From assembly GCA_963666315.2 (NCBI GenBank), contig CAXXHG010000015.1, forward strand, positions 192,001 through 256,000: DNA of 64,000 nt, read 5' to 3'. Position numbers and translations under genes: made by a program. Below are positions 38,609-48,998 of this stretch, one piece after another. The notes under the pieces were generated by a model that saw only the letters and a program-made list of their open reading frames with translations, was not told where the DNA came from and did not search any database. Source of the stretch: Candidatus Binatia bacterium (GTDB lineage: Bacteria > Desulfobacterota > Binatia > Bin18). The first letter of the stretch is position 1, and the number at the start of each line of letters is the position of its first letter.

Positions 38609-39646
38609 TTACACAATCAACATGGCATCCCCGTAACTGTAAAACCGATAACGCTGCTGTACGGCTTCAGCGTACGCGTTCAATACACACTCCCGCCCGG
38701 CAAACGCCGACACCAGGAGAAGGAGAGTTGAACGTGGAAGGTGGAAATTCGTGATGAGGCCATCAACGACTCGGAACTGATAGCCGGGATACATAAATAT
38801 GTCTGTCTGGTTGAGTCCGGACTGGACCAGTCCATCCCCTCGGGCAGACGCTTCGAGCGCCCGCGTTGTAGTCGTACCAACCGCAATAATTTTTCGACCA
38901 GCGGCTTTGGCGGTGTTGATAAGCCCTGCGGTCTCTGGGTCGATCTCGTACGATTCGACTCCCATGGTATGTGTCTCGACTTCTTCCACTCGAATCGGCT
39001 GGAAGGTGCCCAGACCAACGTGCAGGGTGATAAAGCAGAGCTGGATCCCCGCCTGCTCCAAGCGGGGCAGTAATTCCGGAGTAAAATGTAGTCCGGCAGT
39101 TGGGGCGGCAACCGCGCCGGCCCGGCGGGCATACACGGTCTGGTAGCGCTCTTGATCCTGCGGATGCTGACCGGGCGAACGCTTGATATAGGGCGGCAGC
39201 GGGACTTCGCCGTGTTGCGCTAAGAGACGGAGAAAGTCTTTACGCGGGAAAAAGCGAACAAGGCCTTGACCTTGCTTCGGCGCTTCGAACCAGACACCCC
39301 AAAAGTCATCCGCAAATGTAATACGTTCTCCGGCCTTGATATTCTGGCCACCTTTACACAAGACCTGCCACATCTCTTCATCTGCAGGCATCCGCCGAAC
39401 GAGCAAGAGTTCCACTTTCCCACCCGCCTGTTTGCGACCGCGTAAGCGGGCCGGAATGACCCGCGTGTTGTTTAATACGAGCGCACAGTTACTGGGAAGC
39501 AAACTGAGAAGATCGGAAAATTGGTGGTGAGAAAAACGCGCGTGGTCGCGGGAGACACACAGAAGCCGGGCGTGATCCCGTTTCTCAGCAGGCTCTTGGG
39601 CAATCAGCTCAGGCGGCAGTTCGTAATCGAAGTCGGACAGGTCCAT
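38609..39646 (-). CDS. queA: S-adenosylmethionine:tRNA ribosyltransferase-isomerase
   Basis: FDYELPPELIAQ, PLPPYI, AAPTAGLHFT, TNFHLP.STL, YRFYSYGDAM. Confidence 0.97.
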   Translation of the reverse strand: MDLSDFDYELPPELIAQEPAEKRDHARLLCVSRDHARFSHHQFSDLLSLLPSNCALVLNNTRVIPARLRGRKQAGGKVELLLVRRMPADEEMWQVLCKGGQNIKAGERITFADDFWGVWFEAPKQGQGLVRFFPRKDFLRLLAQHGEVPLPPYIKRSPGQHPQDQERYQTVYARRAGAVAAPTAGLHFTPELLPRLEQAGIQLCFITLHVGLGTFQPIRVEEVETHTMGVESYEIDPETAGLINTAKAAGRKIIAVGTTTTRALEASARGDGLVQSGLNQTDIFMYPGYQFRVVDGLITNFHLPRSTLLLLVSAFAGRECVLNAYAEAVQQRYRFYSYGDAMLIV

Positions 39647-39687
39647 TGCAGGTCCAATAGCAGGTCTATTGAATGGAGCAGGCAGAG

Positions 39688-39724
39688 GTCAGCAGAGACG
39701 CTCGGTCAGAGCGCCTCTGCTGAC
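39688..39724. repeat. Strong intergenic hairpin (REP-like or terminator)
   Basis: GTCAGCAGAGACGCTC-GGTCA-GAGCGCCTCTGCTGAC. Confidence 0.6.
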
Positions 39725-39736
39725 GGCAGGACTTCG

Positions 39737-40537
39737 TTACGTTGTTGAACTATCGGTCGAGCCGCCGGAGGAGGACGTTCCGCCCGGACCACCCAGAAAG
39801 GGGCGCAGCAAATCAATCGGTATAGGAAACAGGGTGGTCGAGTTATTCTCTGTCGCCACCTCAGACAACGTTTGCAGATAGCGCAGTTGCAGGGCGATGG
39901 GATGGTCCTCAATAATCACTGCGGCGTCGACCAGCCGCTGGGACGCCTGATATTCCCCCTCGGCATTAATGACCTTGGCCCGCCGGTCACGCTCCGCCTC
40001 CGCTTGTTTCGCCAGTGCGCGTTGCATCTCGTGCGGCAGATCAATATCCTTGACTTCGACCAAGGAGACCTTCACCCCCCACGGATCCGTCTGCGTGTCC
40101 ACAATCTCCTGGAGCCGACCGTTAATCTTATCCCTATCGGACAGCAGCTCATCCAATTCGGCTTGGCCACACACACTGCGCAGCGTCGTCTGGGCTAACT
40201 GCGAGGTGGCAAACAAATAATTCTCAATCTCAACCGTGGCCTTATTCGGCTCCAGCACGCGGAAATAAAGTACGGCGTTGACTTTCACCGAGACATTATC
40301 TTTGGTGATGACGTCTTGGGCGGGGATGTCCAGGGTAACGGTGCGCATATCGACTCGCACCATGCGTTCGATCATCGGGATGATGTAGATGAGCCCGGGC
40401 CCGCGGTGATTCACCAGCCGGCCAAGCCGAAAAACCACGGCCCGTTCATACTCAGACAGGATTTTTACGCCACTGGCGAGCAGCACTAAGCCAATAACCA
40501 AAAATGTCACAATCGGACCAAAGCCAAACATAAGCAC
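39737..40537 (-). CDS. SPFH/slipin (stomatin-like) protein
   Basis: [45 protein letters not shown]. Confidence 0.95.
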   Translation of the reverse strand: MLMFGFGPIVTFLVIGLVLLASGVKILSEYERAVVFRLGRLVNHRGPGLIYIIPMIERMVRVDMRTVTLDIPAQDVITKDNVSVKVNAVLYFRVLEPNKATVEIENYLFATSQLAQTTLRSVCGQAELDELLSDRDKINGRLQEIVDTQTDPWGVKVSLVEVKDIDLPHEMQRALAKQAEAERDRRAKVINAEGEYQASQRLVDAAVIIEDHPIALQLRYLQTLSEVATENNSTTLFPIPIDLLRPFLGGPGGTSSSGGSTDSSTT

Positions 40538-40552
40538 TCTCCCTTTCCGCGG

Positions 40553-41902
40553 CTAACCCGTCATACGGCGCACGCGGAGTATCATATGATCCACTTCAAC
40601 AATCTGCACCTTCTGACCCACCTCAATATCCTCGTCACTCGCTGCCGTCCAGTATTCGCCATGAATCCAGACTTTTCCGTGTGGCGCGAGACGTGTACGC
40701 ACCTCACCAATTTCACCCTGTAGGCCCTCCAATCCCAAGACTACCGGGCGACGCCAGGCGTGAACGGCAAGCGAGCCCGCGACGAACATAAAGGTACCCA
40801 CGGCGAGCGACGCGGCAAAGATAATTCCGCGATCAACAGCGATCTCGGAGTCGGGCGTATCAAAGAGAAACAACGAACCAAGCACAAACGCAGCAATGCC
40901 GCTGACTCCCAAAATGCCGAAACTCGGGATAAACAACTCGGCTATGAGCAGCGCTATACCCAACCCAATCAGGATCAGACCGGTGTAATTAATCGGCAAT
41001 ACTTGAAAGGCAGTCAGGGCCAGGATCAAGCAAATACCACCAGCCAAACCAGGAAAAAGCAGGCCCGGATTGGAGAACTCAAGGTAGAGGCCCAACATAC
41101 CGGCCATCATGAGCAAATAGGCAATATTCGGGTCAGACAGGATATCGAGGACCTTATGTTTGAGCCGCATTTCAATGGTGACAATATTAAAACGTCCTGC
41201 GCTGAGTTGTGCAGGCGTAAAGTCTAAGGTGACACTTTCGTTCCCAACGTCAACCTTGCGCCCAGTCGCCTGAGTGAGCAAATCGTGGACATCCACGGCT
41301 ACTAGATCAACAACTTTTTTCTCTAAGGCCTCGATGTCAGTGATCGACACACTCTCCCGGACTGCCTGCTCCGCCCACTCCACATTCCGACCTCGGCGCT
41401 GGGCGATGGATTCCATAAACGAGACCGTATAATTCTCAATCTTTTCCCGCATATCGCCTTCGATATTCTGCCCACCGCTGGCCACCGGATGCGCCGCGCC
41501 GATCGTTGTTCCCGGCGCCATCGCGGCAATATGCCCAGCCAGGGTGATAAACACGCCAGCAGAACCGGCTCCGGCCCCACTCGGCGACACATACAGAATC
41601 ACGGGCAGCGGAGCACCGAGAATGTCTTTCACTATGCTTTTGGTCGAACTGAGCAGCCCGCCCGGGGTGTCAAGCTGGATGATCAGAGCCAGCGCACCCT
41701 CATCGGATGAGAACTTGATATTCTCCCGGATAAAATCCCCGACCGCAGGATTAATCGAAGCGTCGATAATAAGACGATTGACGTGGGCTTGCTGGCTCTC
41801 CGCGCGTGTCAGCCAGGTCAGACTGAGCATGCCGAGACCCAGGGTCAGGCAGCAAACAGAAACGAGTCGTAAGAATCGCATAATGACTTTGCGCTTTCGC
41901 AC
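40553..41902 (-). CDS. nfeD: NfeD membrane-bound serine protease (long form)
   Basis: LDTPGGL, AGSAG.FI, AAMAPGTTIGAAHPV, C-terminal OB fold GKVWIHGEYW; next to slipin. Confidence 0.92.
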   Translation of the reverse strand: MRKRKVIMRFLRLVSVCCLTLGLGMLSLTWLTRAESQQAHVNRLIIDASINPAVGDFIRENIKFSSDEGALALIIQLDTPGGLLSSTKSIVKDILGAPLPVILYVSPSGAGAGSAGVFITLAGHIAAMAPGTTIGAAHPVASGGQNIEGDMREKIENYTVSFMESIAQRRGRNVEWAEQAVRESVSITDIEALEKKVVDLVAVDVHDLLTQATGRKVDVGNESVTLDFTPAQLSAGRFNIVTIEMRLKHKVLDILSDPNIAYLLMMAGMLGLYLEFSNPGLLFPGLAGGICLILALTAFQVLPINYTGLILIGLGIALLIAELFIPSFGILGVSGIAAFVLGSLFLFDTPDSEIAVDRGIIFAASLAVGTFMFVAGSLAVHAWRRPVVLGLEGLQGEIGEVRTRLAPHGKVWIHGEYWTAASDEDIEVGQKVQIVEVDHMILRVRRMTG

Positions 41903-42808
41903 CTAGAGCCGCCCCATCTCGCGGAGTACGGCCTTGATGTCTTCCCAGACTAAGCGCTTCTCTTTAGGGTTACGCAGCAGATAGGCGGGATGCAAGGTCG
42001 GCATAAGTGGAATGCCGTGATAGGATTGCCATTTCCCACGTAAACGCGTAATCGGCGTTGTGTCTTGGAGGAGGGTCTGGGCGGCAAATTTGCCTAGGGC
42101 AATAATGACCCGCGGTTTGATCAGCTCAAGCTGTTTAAGCAGAAACGGCTCACACGCGGCAATCTCATCGGGCTCAGGATTCCTATTTTCAGGCGGACGG
42201 CATTTCACCACATTGGCGATATACACGTCTTCGCGCCGCATCTGCATGCCTTTGGTGATGATCTGAGTCAAAAGCTGTCCTGCCCGGCCGACAAAGGGTT
42301 CGCCTTGTTTATCCTCCTCGTAACCCGGCCCCTCGCCCACGAAAACGATCTCGGCCTTGGGATTCCCTACTCCAAACACAATGGAATTGCGCTTTTCACA
42401 TAGACGACAGCGTTGGCAATCTCCGATTTCCGCACGGAGCTCGTCCAACGTGTGGACACTAGCCGTGGCAGACGGTTCTTCAGTTGGGATAGCTACTGAG
42501 GCGGTCTCAGTCTGAGCCCCAGGTCGATCCGAGCGATCAAATTCAATGTCAACCGGCTCGGCAATGCGTTTTTCCTCTGGCCTATTCACCTGCGCGGCTT
42601 GCTCAGGGGCAGCAAGGGCAGCAGGAGAAGATTGAGCAGCATCAGCAGCATCAGATTGAGAAACGGGCTGAGCCGACGCCCCTTCAGTTGCAAGAGACGG
42701 AGGAGCCGCAGGCAAGCCTTCCAAGCCACTGGCTTGTAGCGACTGCACGTATACGTGCAACGAATGGGTAATCTGTGCCAACAACTCGTGTGGCGAATCA
42801 GCAGACAT
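41903..42808 (-). CDS. Uracil-DNA glycosylase family 4 with a low-complexity N-terminal linker
   Basis: C..C.L, GEGPG, PFVGRAGQLL, NVVKCRPP.NR, HPAYLLR. Confidence 0.93.
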   Translation of the reverse strand: MSADSPHELLAQITHSLHVYVQSLQASGLEGLPAAPPSLATEGASAQPVSQSDAADAAQSSPAALAAPEQAAQVNRPEEKRIAEPVDIEFDRSDRPGAQTETASVAIPTEEPSATASVHTLDELRAEIGDCQRCRLCEKRNSIVFGVGNPKAEIVFVGEGPGYEEDKQGEPFVGRAGQLLTQIITKGMQMRREDVYIANVVKCRPPENRNPEPDEIAACEPFLLKQLELIKPRVIIALGKFAAQTLLQDTTPITRLRGKWQSYHGIPLMPTLHPAYLLRNPKEKRLVWEDIKAVLREMGRL

Positions 42809-42826
42809 TACCTGTCGAGGATATGC

Positions 42827-43819
42827 CTAGGCAGTCCGGTTGACAAGCTGAGACACAAAAAAAGCAAGGCCGTCGTAGTACGGAGACGGCGGCAATACCT
42901 CTAAAGCTGACAGGGCCCGTTTCTCATAGGCATGGGCCATGCGGGTTGCCTCCGCCAGGACGCCCGAGCGCCGGACTTGTTCGAGCGCGTTTTCGACTTC
43001 TTTCTGACTGGGCTCCTGCTTCTCAAACACCCGCTTGACCTCGGAATCAAGAGAGAGCGCCAGAACCAGCGGCAGGGAGGGATTGCCATCTCTGAGGTCG
43101 GCTCCGGTTGGCTTGCCGGTTCGGTTCCCATCACCGGCAACATCAAGGACATCATCGACGATTTGAAACGCCATGCCAACACAGAATCCGCACTCAGCCA
43201 GACTCTCCAGAACGTCCTGCGAAGCTCCCGCCAGATGGGCGCCCATACGCGCGCCTTGCGCAAACAGCGAAGCCGTCTTGCGCGAGATGATTTCCAAGTA
43301 GTCCTCGCGCGTCACACGAGGGTCATGCCGCAGCCGGCCTTGCAGGACTTCCCCTTCGGTCAGACTGATACAGGCGTCAGTTGCCCAGGTGATGACCTGT
43401 TCCTCAAATCGAGCACACAACGCAAAGGCGCGTCCAAACAAAAAGTCCCCGGCTATGAGGGTTTCCGCAAGCCCGAAACGGTGCAGGGCCGAGGCCTTAC
43501 CACGCCGGGTCGCGGCTTCGTCGATGATATCGTCATGTAAGAGCGAAGCAGAGTGAATGAGTTCGAGAGCAGTGGCGACATCAACCATATCGGCCGGATC
43601 TTGTCCGCCACAGGCACGAAAAACCATGAGCGCGACAGCGGGCCGGACCCGCTTTCCACCCGCCCCAACAAGGTAATGCCCGATTTCACTGAGCAGGCTT
43701 TCGCGCGAGTGTAATAATTCGGCGAGCCGTTTCTCGACTTGCTCAAGTTCCGCAGCTACGAGGTCGTGTGGAGACAGGGAGTCCGGTTGGCTAAGGCTTG
43801 CTTTGGCAGACACATTCAA
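42827..43819 (-). CDS. Polyprenyl diphosphate synthase
   Basis: GGKRVRP, LLHDDIID, KTASLF, FQIVDDVLD. Confidence 0.93.
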   Translation of the reverse strand: MNVSAKASLSQPDSLSPHDLVAAELEQVEKRLAELLHSRESLLSEIGHYLVGAGGKRVRPAVALMVFRACGGQDPADMVDVATALELIHSASLLHDDIIDEAATRRGKASALHRFGLAETLIAGDFLFGRAFALCARFEEQVITWATDACISLTEGEVLQGRLRHDPRVTREDYLEIISRKTASLFAQGARMGAHLAGASQDVLESLAECGFCVGMAFQIVDDVLDVAGDGNRTGKPTGADLRDGNPSLPLVLALSLDSEVKRVFEKQEPSQKEVENALEQVRRSGVLAEATRMAHAYEKRALSALEVLPPSPYYDGLAFFVSQLVNRTA

Positions 43820-44058
43820 CTCATATCAGGTAGCATTTCCTCAGATCCGTGCTGAGGCTCCCCACATAATGCCAAAGGAGGGGAAAACGTCAAGGAGAGC
43901 AAAGTCTCATCAGCAAAAGCATTTTACCATACCTGATGATTCTACGATCCAATTGACCTTGCCCCAGCCCGCTCTTCCCCCGTATGATACCAGGAAGACC
44001 AGGAAGAAACACACGAACGGCATAGTGCACGTCTCTGACCATTTTCACTTCTTTAGAC

Positions 44059-45264
44059 ATGATGCTGAAACACAAAAACATCGTTCTTGGGGTGACGGGC
44101 GGTATCGCAGCGTATAAATCAGCAGAGATTGTTCGCCTATTGATCAAGGCAGAGGCTACCGTCCGGGTTGTCATGACCAAGAATGCGCAAGCATTCATCA
44201 CCCCGCTGACGCTCCAAACCCTATCCGGCAACCCGGTTTCGACTGATACCTTTAATCTGACGCAAGAATCTGAGATCGGCCATATTCGGCTGGCAGACAC
44301 AGCAGACCTCATTCTAATTGCTCCAGCAACTGCGAACATGGTCGCTAAGCTTGCCCATGGGCTTGCGGATGACCTTCTTTCGACGGTCTTGCTGGTCACC
44401 AGAGCGCCCGTTGTCATCGCCCCAGCGATGAACGTCCATATGTACGCCCATCCCATAACCCAGGAAAATCTCAAAAAACTCCAGAGTGTCGGGCACAGTA
44501 TAATTGAACCGAGTGAGGGAGAATTGGCCTGTGGCTACGAGGGGAAGGGCCGCTTGGCTGATCCCGATCAGATTCTGGAGTCTGTCGAGGCGGCACTGAC
44601 AAACAAAGACATGCGGGGCGAACACGTGATCGTGACCGCCGGTCCCAATTGTGAACCCATTGATCCGGTTCGATTTATTACCAATCGCTCAACCGGTAAG
44701 ATGGGTTTTGCTATGGCGCGCATTGCACATCATAGGGGGGCGGAAGTCACCCTAGTCGGCGGCCCAACCTCCCTCGCTCCTCCATCTGGCGTACGTTTTT
44801 GCGCCGTTCGAACGGCGCTCGAAATGCAGCAAGCCGTCTTGGAATATTATCCGCAGGCAACCATGGTCGTGTCAGCTGCGGCCATAGCCGACTATCGTCC
44901 GGCCCAAGTCGCCTCACAAAAGATCAAAAAACAAGACGGCGATTTTTCAATTGCCCTAGATCGGAATCCGGACATCTTGGCGGGGCTGGGCCAAGACAAA
45001 GGCAACCGTCTCCTTGTCGGCTTTGCCACGGAAACAGAAAACGTCATAGAAAATGCCGAACGCAAGCTGCGCGCGAAGAATCTCGATATGATTGTGGCCA
45101 ACGATGTGACGCAAGAGGGTGCCGGATTCGCGGGCGACACCAATATTGTCACTCTTCTCGACCGACTGGGCAGGCAAGAATCCTTGCCCCTCATGTCCAA
45201 AGAGGACGTTGCCCACGCGGTGTACGACCGTCTGCTCGCCCTCAAAACCACCTCTCAACCCTAA
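44059..45264 (+). CDS. coaBC: Phosphopantothenoylcysteine decarboxylase/synthetase
   Basis: [38 protein letters not shown]. Confidence 0.97.
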   Translation: MMLKHKNIVLGVTGGIAAYKSAEIVRLLIKAEATVRVVMTKNAQAFITPLTLQTLSGNPVSTDTFNLTQESEIGHIRLADTADLILIAPATANMVAKLAHGLADDLLSTVLLVTRAPVVIAPAMNVHMYAHPITQENLKKLQSVGHSIIEPSEGELACGYEGKGRLADPDQILESVEAALTNKDMRGEHVIVTAGPNCEPIDPVRFITNRSTGKMGFAMARIAHHRGAEVTLVGGPTSLAPPSGVRFCAVRTALEMQQAVLEYYPQATMVVSAAAIADYRPAQVASQKIKKQDGDFSIALDRNPDILAGLGQDKGNRLLVGFATETENVIENAERKLRAKNLDMIVANDVTQEGAGFAGDTNIVTLLDRLGRQESLPLMSKEDVAHAVYDRLLALKTTSQP

Positions 45265-45284
45265 TACCGAGTCCCTTGTCTGCC

Positions 45285-45389
45285 ATGGGTACCCCGACCT
45301 CACCTGCTCCGGTGAAGCTACTCATCGCTCTGCTTTCAACCGACACCGCAAATCACGCGGCAGCCGTCGCACCTTTCCCGCATCATTAA
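45285..45389 (+). pseudogene. Possible N-terminal stub of a DUF4416-like gene
   Basis: MGTPTSPAPVKLLIALLS starts just after coaBC and runs into the convergent thioesterase. Confidence 0.4.
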
Positions 45390-45753
45390 CGCAGGCATGG
45401 TACGTATGTCCTTCTGCTATCAGAGTATCGTCAGCTTTTCGTACGATACGGTATCCAAATCGGACACTCGCACCCCCGACCTTTTCAATAGTCGTAGTCA
45501 CCCCGAGCAGATCATCAAAGAGGGCCACAACCCAGTAGCGGCAATAGGCTTCCCGAACCGGAAAGTGTATGCCTTCAGCTTCCAGCACTTGATACGGCTT
45601 GCCAACTGACCGTAACAGCTCAACCCGGCCCTCTTCGAACCAGGGCAGATAGGCGGCATGATGCGCCATGCCAGCCTGATCGGTCTCAGCATAACGCACG
45701 CGGACGGTATGGAGGTTGGAGATGGGGGAATGGGATTTTTGAGTCTGTGTCAT
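45322..45753 (-). CDS. Acyl-CoA thioesterase (YbgC/4HBT family)
   Basis: VRVRYAETDQAG.AHHA.Y..WFE.GR. Confidence 0.9.
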   Translation of the reverse strand: MTQTQKSHSPISNLHTVRVRYAETDQAGMAHHAAYLPWFEEGRVELLRSVGKPYQVLEAEGIHFPVREAYCRYWVVALFDDLLGVTTTIEKVGGASVRFGYRIVRKADDTLIAEGHTYHACVNDAGKVRRLPRDLRCRLKAER

Positions 45754-45773
45754 CAGCCCCTACCCCCTACCCC

Positions 45774-46550
45774 CTATTTTCCTTGCCAATTTGGTTTGCG
45801 TTTCTCGGCAAATGCCCGAGGACCTTCTTTCACATCCTCAGAGTTCATCATCTCCTTGAGCGCCGGATACGACTGGCCTAAGGCTTCGTCTAAGGTCAGT
45901 CCTGCGCCCATCATGGCGCACTGCTTGGTGGCACGCACAGAGAGAGGTGCGCACTCCAGGATTTCATCTGTCCAGCGTTTCACCGTCGACATCAGATCTG
46001 CAAGCGACACGACCTCATTCACAACGCCCCAGCGATGCGCTTCTTGAGCGGTCATAAACTTTCCGGTCAGCATATAGCCCAGGGCAATCTTGAGCGGCAT
46101 CTGTCGTGGCAGGCGGTGCACGCCACCGGCAGCCGCGGCTAAACCAACTCTCGGTTCGGGCAAGCCCAAACGAGCATGTTCGGCAGCAATGATGATGTCG
46201 CACGATAACGCCATCTCAAATCCACCACCCAGGGCAAAGCCATTCACCGCCGCGATGGTAGGTTTCCAGATGTCAGTACGATCTGTCAAGCCACCAAAAC
46301 CACCCTTTACTCTCTTTTTTGGAAAGCCGTACTCTGCCGTGTATTTCAGATCGTTCCCGGCTGAAAACGCTTTCTCTCCAGCTCCAGTCAGCACAACGAT
46401 CCACACATTGTCATCTGCGAGGGCATCATCCCAAATTTGGGAGAGTTCTTCCGATGCCGGCGGATGAACTGCATTCATGCGTTCCGGGCGATTCATGGTA
46501 ATCGTGGCAACGTGACCGTCCTTTTCATACAGTGCATATTCGTACGCCAT
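45774..46550 (-). CDS. Enoyl-CoA hydratase/crotonase family protein
   Basis: AFSAGNDL, AVNGFALGGGFE, GLPEPRVG, EGPRAFAEKRKP. Confidence 0.95.
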   Translation of the reverse strand: MAYEYALYEKDGHVATITMNRPERMNAVHPPASEELSQIWDDALADDNVWIVVLTGAGEKAFSAGNDLKYTAEYGFPKKRVKGGFGGLTDRTDIWKPTIAAVNGFALGGGFEMALSCDIIIAAEHARLGLPEPRVGLAAAAGGVHRLPRQMPLKIALGYMLTGKFMTAQEAHRWGVVNEVVSLADLMSTVKRWTDEILECAPLSVRATKQCAMMGAGLTLDEALGQSYPALKEMMNSEDVKEGPRAFAEKRKPNWQGK

Positions 46551-46659
46551 GCGTCCTCCTTTTCGTATCGTTTTTACTCATCGTTTTGTTTACTGTGCGC
46601 GGACAAGCGCAGGCAGGGGCGGTTGGATACTACCGTCCCAGCATGCTAAAAGCAACAAA

Positions 46660-47394
46660 ATGTCCGTTCAGTCCCTTCCTCTGACAGACCAGGTTGCCCT
46701 TATTACCGGAGCGGGTCGTGGCATAGGCAGAGCCATTGCCCTGCGGCTGACGAAAGCCGGAGTCCGGACCGTTCTGGCGGCGCGGACCGAACAGGAATTA
46801 CAAGTAACGGCAGCGATCATTCGGAGGGATGGAGGGAAAACGCTTGTCGTTCCTACGGATGTCACACAAGACGACCAAGTGGACAGTCTGGTCGAGCAAA
46901 CGCTCGCCCACTCCGGCCACGTCGATATTCTGGTCAATACTGCCGGCGGTGGTCCGCCGCGTACGTCGATTGTAAAATCGAGGATCACAGATTGGGAGCA
47001 AACGCTCCAGGTAAATTTATTGGCCACGATGTCTGTGACTAAACGGGTGTTGCCGTCCATGATCGAACGCCAACACGGGACCATTATCACCTTGGGTTCC
47101 ATTGCGAGTTTCACCGGACAAGCGGGCGAGGCTGCCTACGCCGCCAGTAAGTTTGGCGTGCGGGGTTTTACCCAGTCGTTATTCGAGGAAGTGCGGCGCT
47201 ACGGCATTAAAGTGTCGTTTCTGTGTCCGGGCTATGTGGATACCGCCCTCATCCCTCCGAACAAGCGTATCGACAGAGAGAAACTCCTGAGCCCGGACGA
47301 TGTGGCCGAAGCCGCGTATAACATCGCGGTTTCCTCTCCACGCGCCTGTCCTGCGGAGGTCATCCTGCAACCCCAATTTGATCCGTTTAGGTAA
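46660..47394 (+). CDS. SDR family oxidoreductase
   Basis: TGAGRGIG, YAASK, LCPGYVDT. Confidence 0.9.
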   Translation: MSVQSLPLTDQVALITGAGRGIGRAIALRLTKAGVRTVLAARTEQELQVTAAIIRRDGGKTLVVPTDVTQDDQVDSLVEQTLAHSGHVDILVNTAGGGPPRTSIVKSRITDWEQTLQVNLLATMSVTKRVLPSMIERQHGTIITLGSIASFTGQAGEAAYAASKFGVRGFTQSLFEEVRRYGIKVSFLCPGYVDTALIPPNKRIDREKLLSPDDVAEAAYNIAVSSPRACPAEVILQPQFDPFR

Positions 47395-47496
47395 CTGCGA
47401 ATCTCCCCTTCACAGGAAGGCTCTCTCAGCAGGAGACCAAAAGAATCGAGGGCTTGCCTCTAGAGCAACTCCCTGAGAACCCCTATCATTCCTCGT

Positions 47497-48228
47497 ATGG
47501 ATCTCAACGGTAAAATTGCCTTAGTCACAGGTGGCGCGAAACGCCTTGGCAAAGCCATAGTCCAGGCGTTAGCCGAACGCGGCTGTCACCTCGTCGTCCA
47601 CTACCATACCTCGCAGACGGAGGCACAAGAAACCGTTCAAGAACTCCGGACCGCTGGTCGTGAGGCGATTGCCCTACAGGCCGATATCACTCTAGAATCG
47701 GACGTTGAAAATATGGTCGAACAAGCCGTCGAACGCTTCGGACGGATCGACGTGCTCGTCAATAATGCCGCCATCTTCTACCGCACCCCAATCGACACGG
47801 TTACCTTCGACGACTGGGAACAGATCATCAATGTCAATCTGACCGGCACCTTTTTGTGCGCCCACAAAATCGGCCTACGCATGAGAGCATGGGGCTGGGG
47901 CCATATTATCAATATGGCGGATGTTGCAGGACAGCGATCCTGGGCTGATTACATTCCCTATTCAGTCTCAAAGGCCTGCGTACTCACATTCAGTCAGGGC
48001 TTGGCCATGGAACTCGCGCCGGAAGTGATGGTCAACGCGGTCGTTCCAGGACCCGTTCTGTTCCAAGACGACACGCCTGAAGAATTCCAGCAACGTGAGA
48101 TTGAAAAGACCCTCGTCAAACGCGCTGGTACGCCGGAAGAAGTGGCAAAGCTGGTTGTCTTTATCGCACAGTCGGATTTTAGTACGGGCTCAGTGTTCTC
48201 CGTGGATGGGGGACGCTCGTTAGCCTGA
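47497..48228 (+). CDS. SDR, pteridine reductase / FolM-like
   Basis: TGGAKRLG, VHYHTS, NNAAIF, YSVSKA, ELAPEV.VNAV.PG. Confidence 0.8.
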   Translation: MDLNGKIALVTGGAKRLGKAIVQALAERGCHLVVHYHTSQTEAQETVQELRTAGREAIALQADITLESDVENMVEQAVERFGRIDVLVNNAAIFYRTPIDTVTFDDWEQIINVNLTGTFLCAHKIGLRMRAWGWGHIINMADVAGQRSWADYIPYSVSKACVLTFSQGLAMELAPEVMVNAVVPGPVLFQDDTPEEFQQREIEKTLVKRAGTPEEVAKLVVFIAQSDFSTGSVFSVDGGRSLA

Positions 48229-48349
48229 TCGCGCTCAGTAGCCTGATCGGATGAGAGAGTGATAAACTTGACAGACTCACAGCTGACCTTCAAGCTGCTG
48301 AGCAACATTCTTTCATATCTGTTTCGTCCGTCTTCATACCTATTGCTTC

Positions 48350-48943
48350 ATGTCTATTGATCCGGCACTTCCGCTGATCCCGCCCGCCTGGGAAGACATC
48401 TTTGGTAACACTCATCCAGTCGAAGTCGAAATCGGACCGGGCAAAGGCTCTTTTCTTCTTACAGTGGCTCAGTGTACGCCGGATCGCAATTTCTTTGCCG
48501 TGGAGTTTTCTAGGCGACGCGCCTATCGGATAGCCCAGCGTATCGAACGCGACCGACCGGACAATGTGATTGCTATTGCCGCAGATATCAATTGCATACT
48601 CAAGACACTCATTCGGCCCGCATCCGTGGCGACCTACCATCTCTATTTCCCAGATCCGTGGTGGAAGCGACGGCATCATCGGCGACGGCTCTTTCGAGAT
48701 GATTTCCCTGCTGAGCTGACGCGAACGCTCGTCTCAGGTGGGAAGATCCTCCTTGCTACCGACGTTCATGATTATTTTGTTGAGATTGTTCGACAGCTTG
48801 CCGCTATCCCTGTCCTGAAGCAATTTCTCTGGCAGAGGGATCAGACGAATGACAACGGTAAGCTCATCTTGACCGACCTTGAGCGCCAGTTCAAAGACGA
48901 GGGAAAACCAATCTACTACGCCGGATTTCACAAAAACCTATAG
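48350..48943 (+). CDS. trmB: tRNA (guanine-N7)-methyltransferase
   Basis: EVEIGPGKG.FL, YFPDPWWKRRHHRRR, ATD..DY. Confidence 0.9.
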   Translation: MSIDPALPLIPPAWEDIFGNTHPVEVEIGPGKGSFLLTVAQCTPDRNFFAVEFSRRRAYRIAQRIERDRPDNVIAIAADINCILKTLIRPASVATYHLYFPDPWWKRRHHRRRLFRDDFPAELTRTLVSGGKILLATDVHDYFVEIVRQLAAIPVLKQFLWQRDQTNDNGKLILTDLERQFKDEGKPIYYAGFHKNL

Positions 48944-48998
48944 CCTAGAGCCCGCGAACCAAGACCAGGACCCAAAAGCAGGCGATACATGGGCGTGA

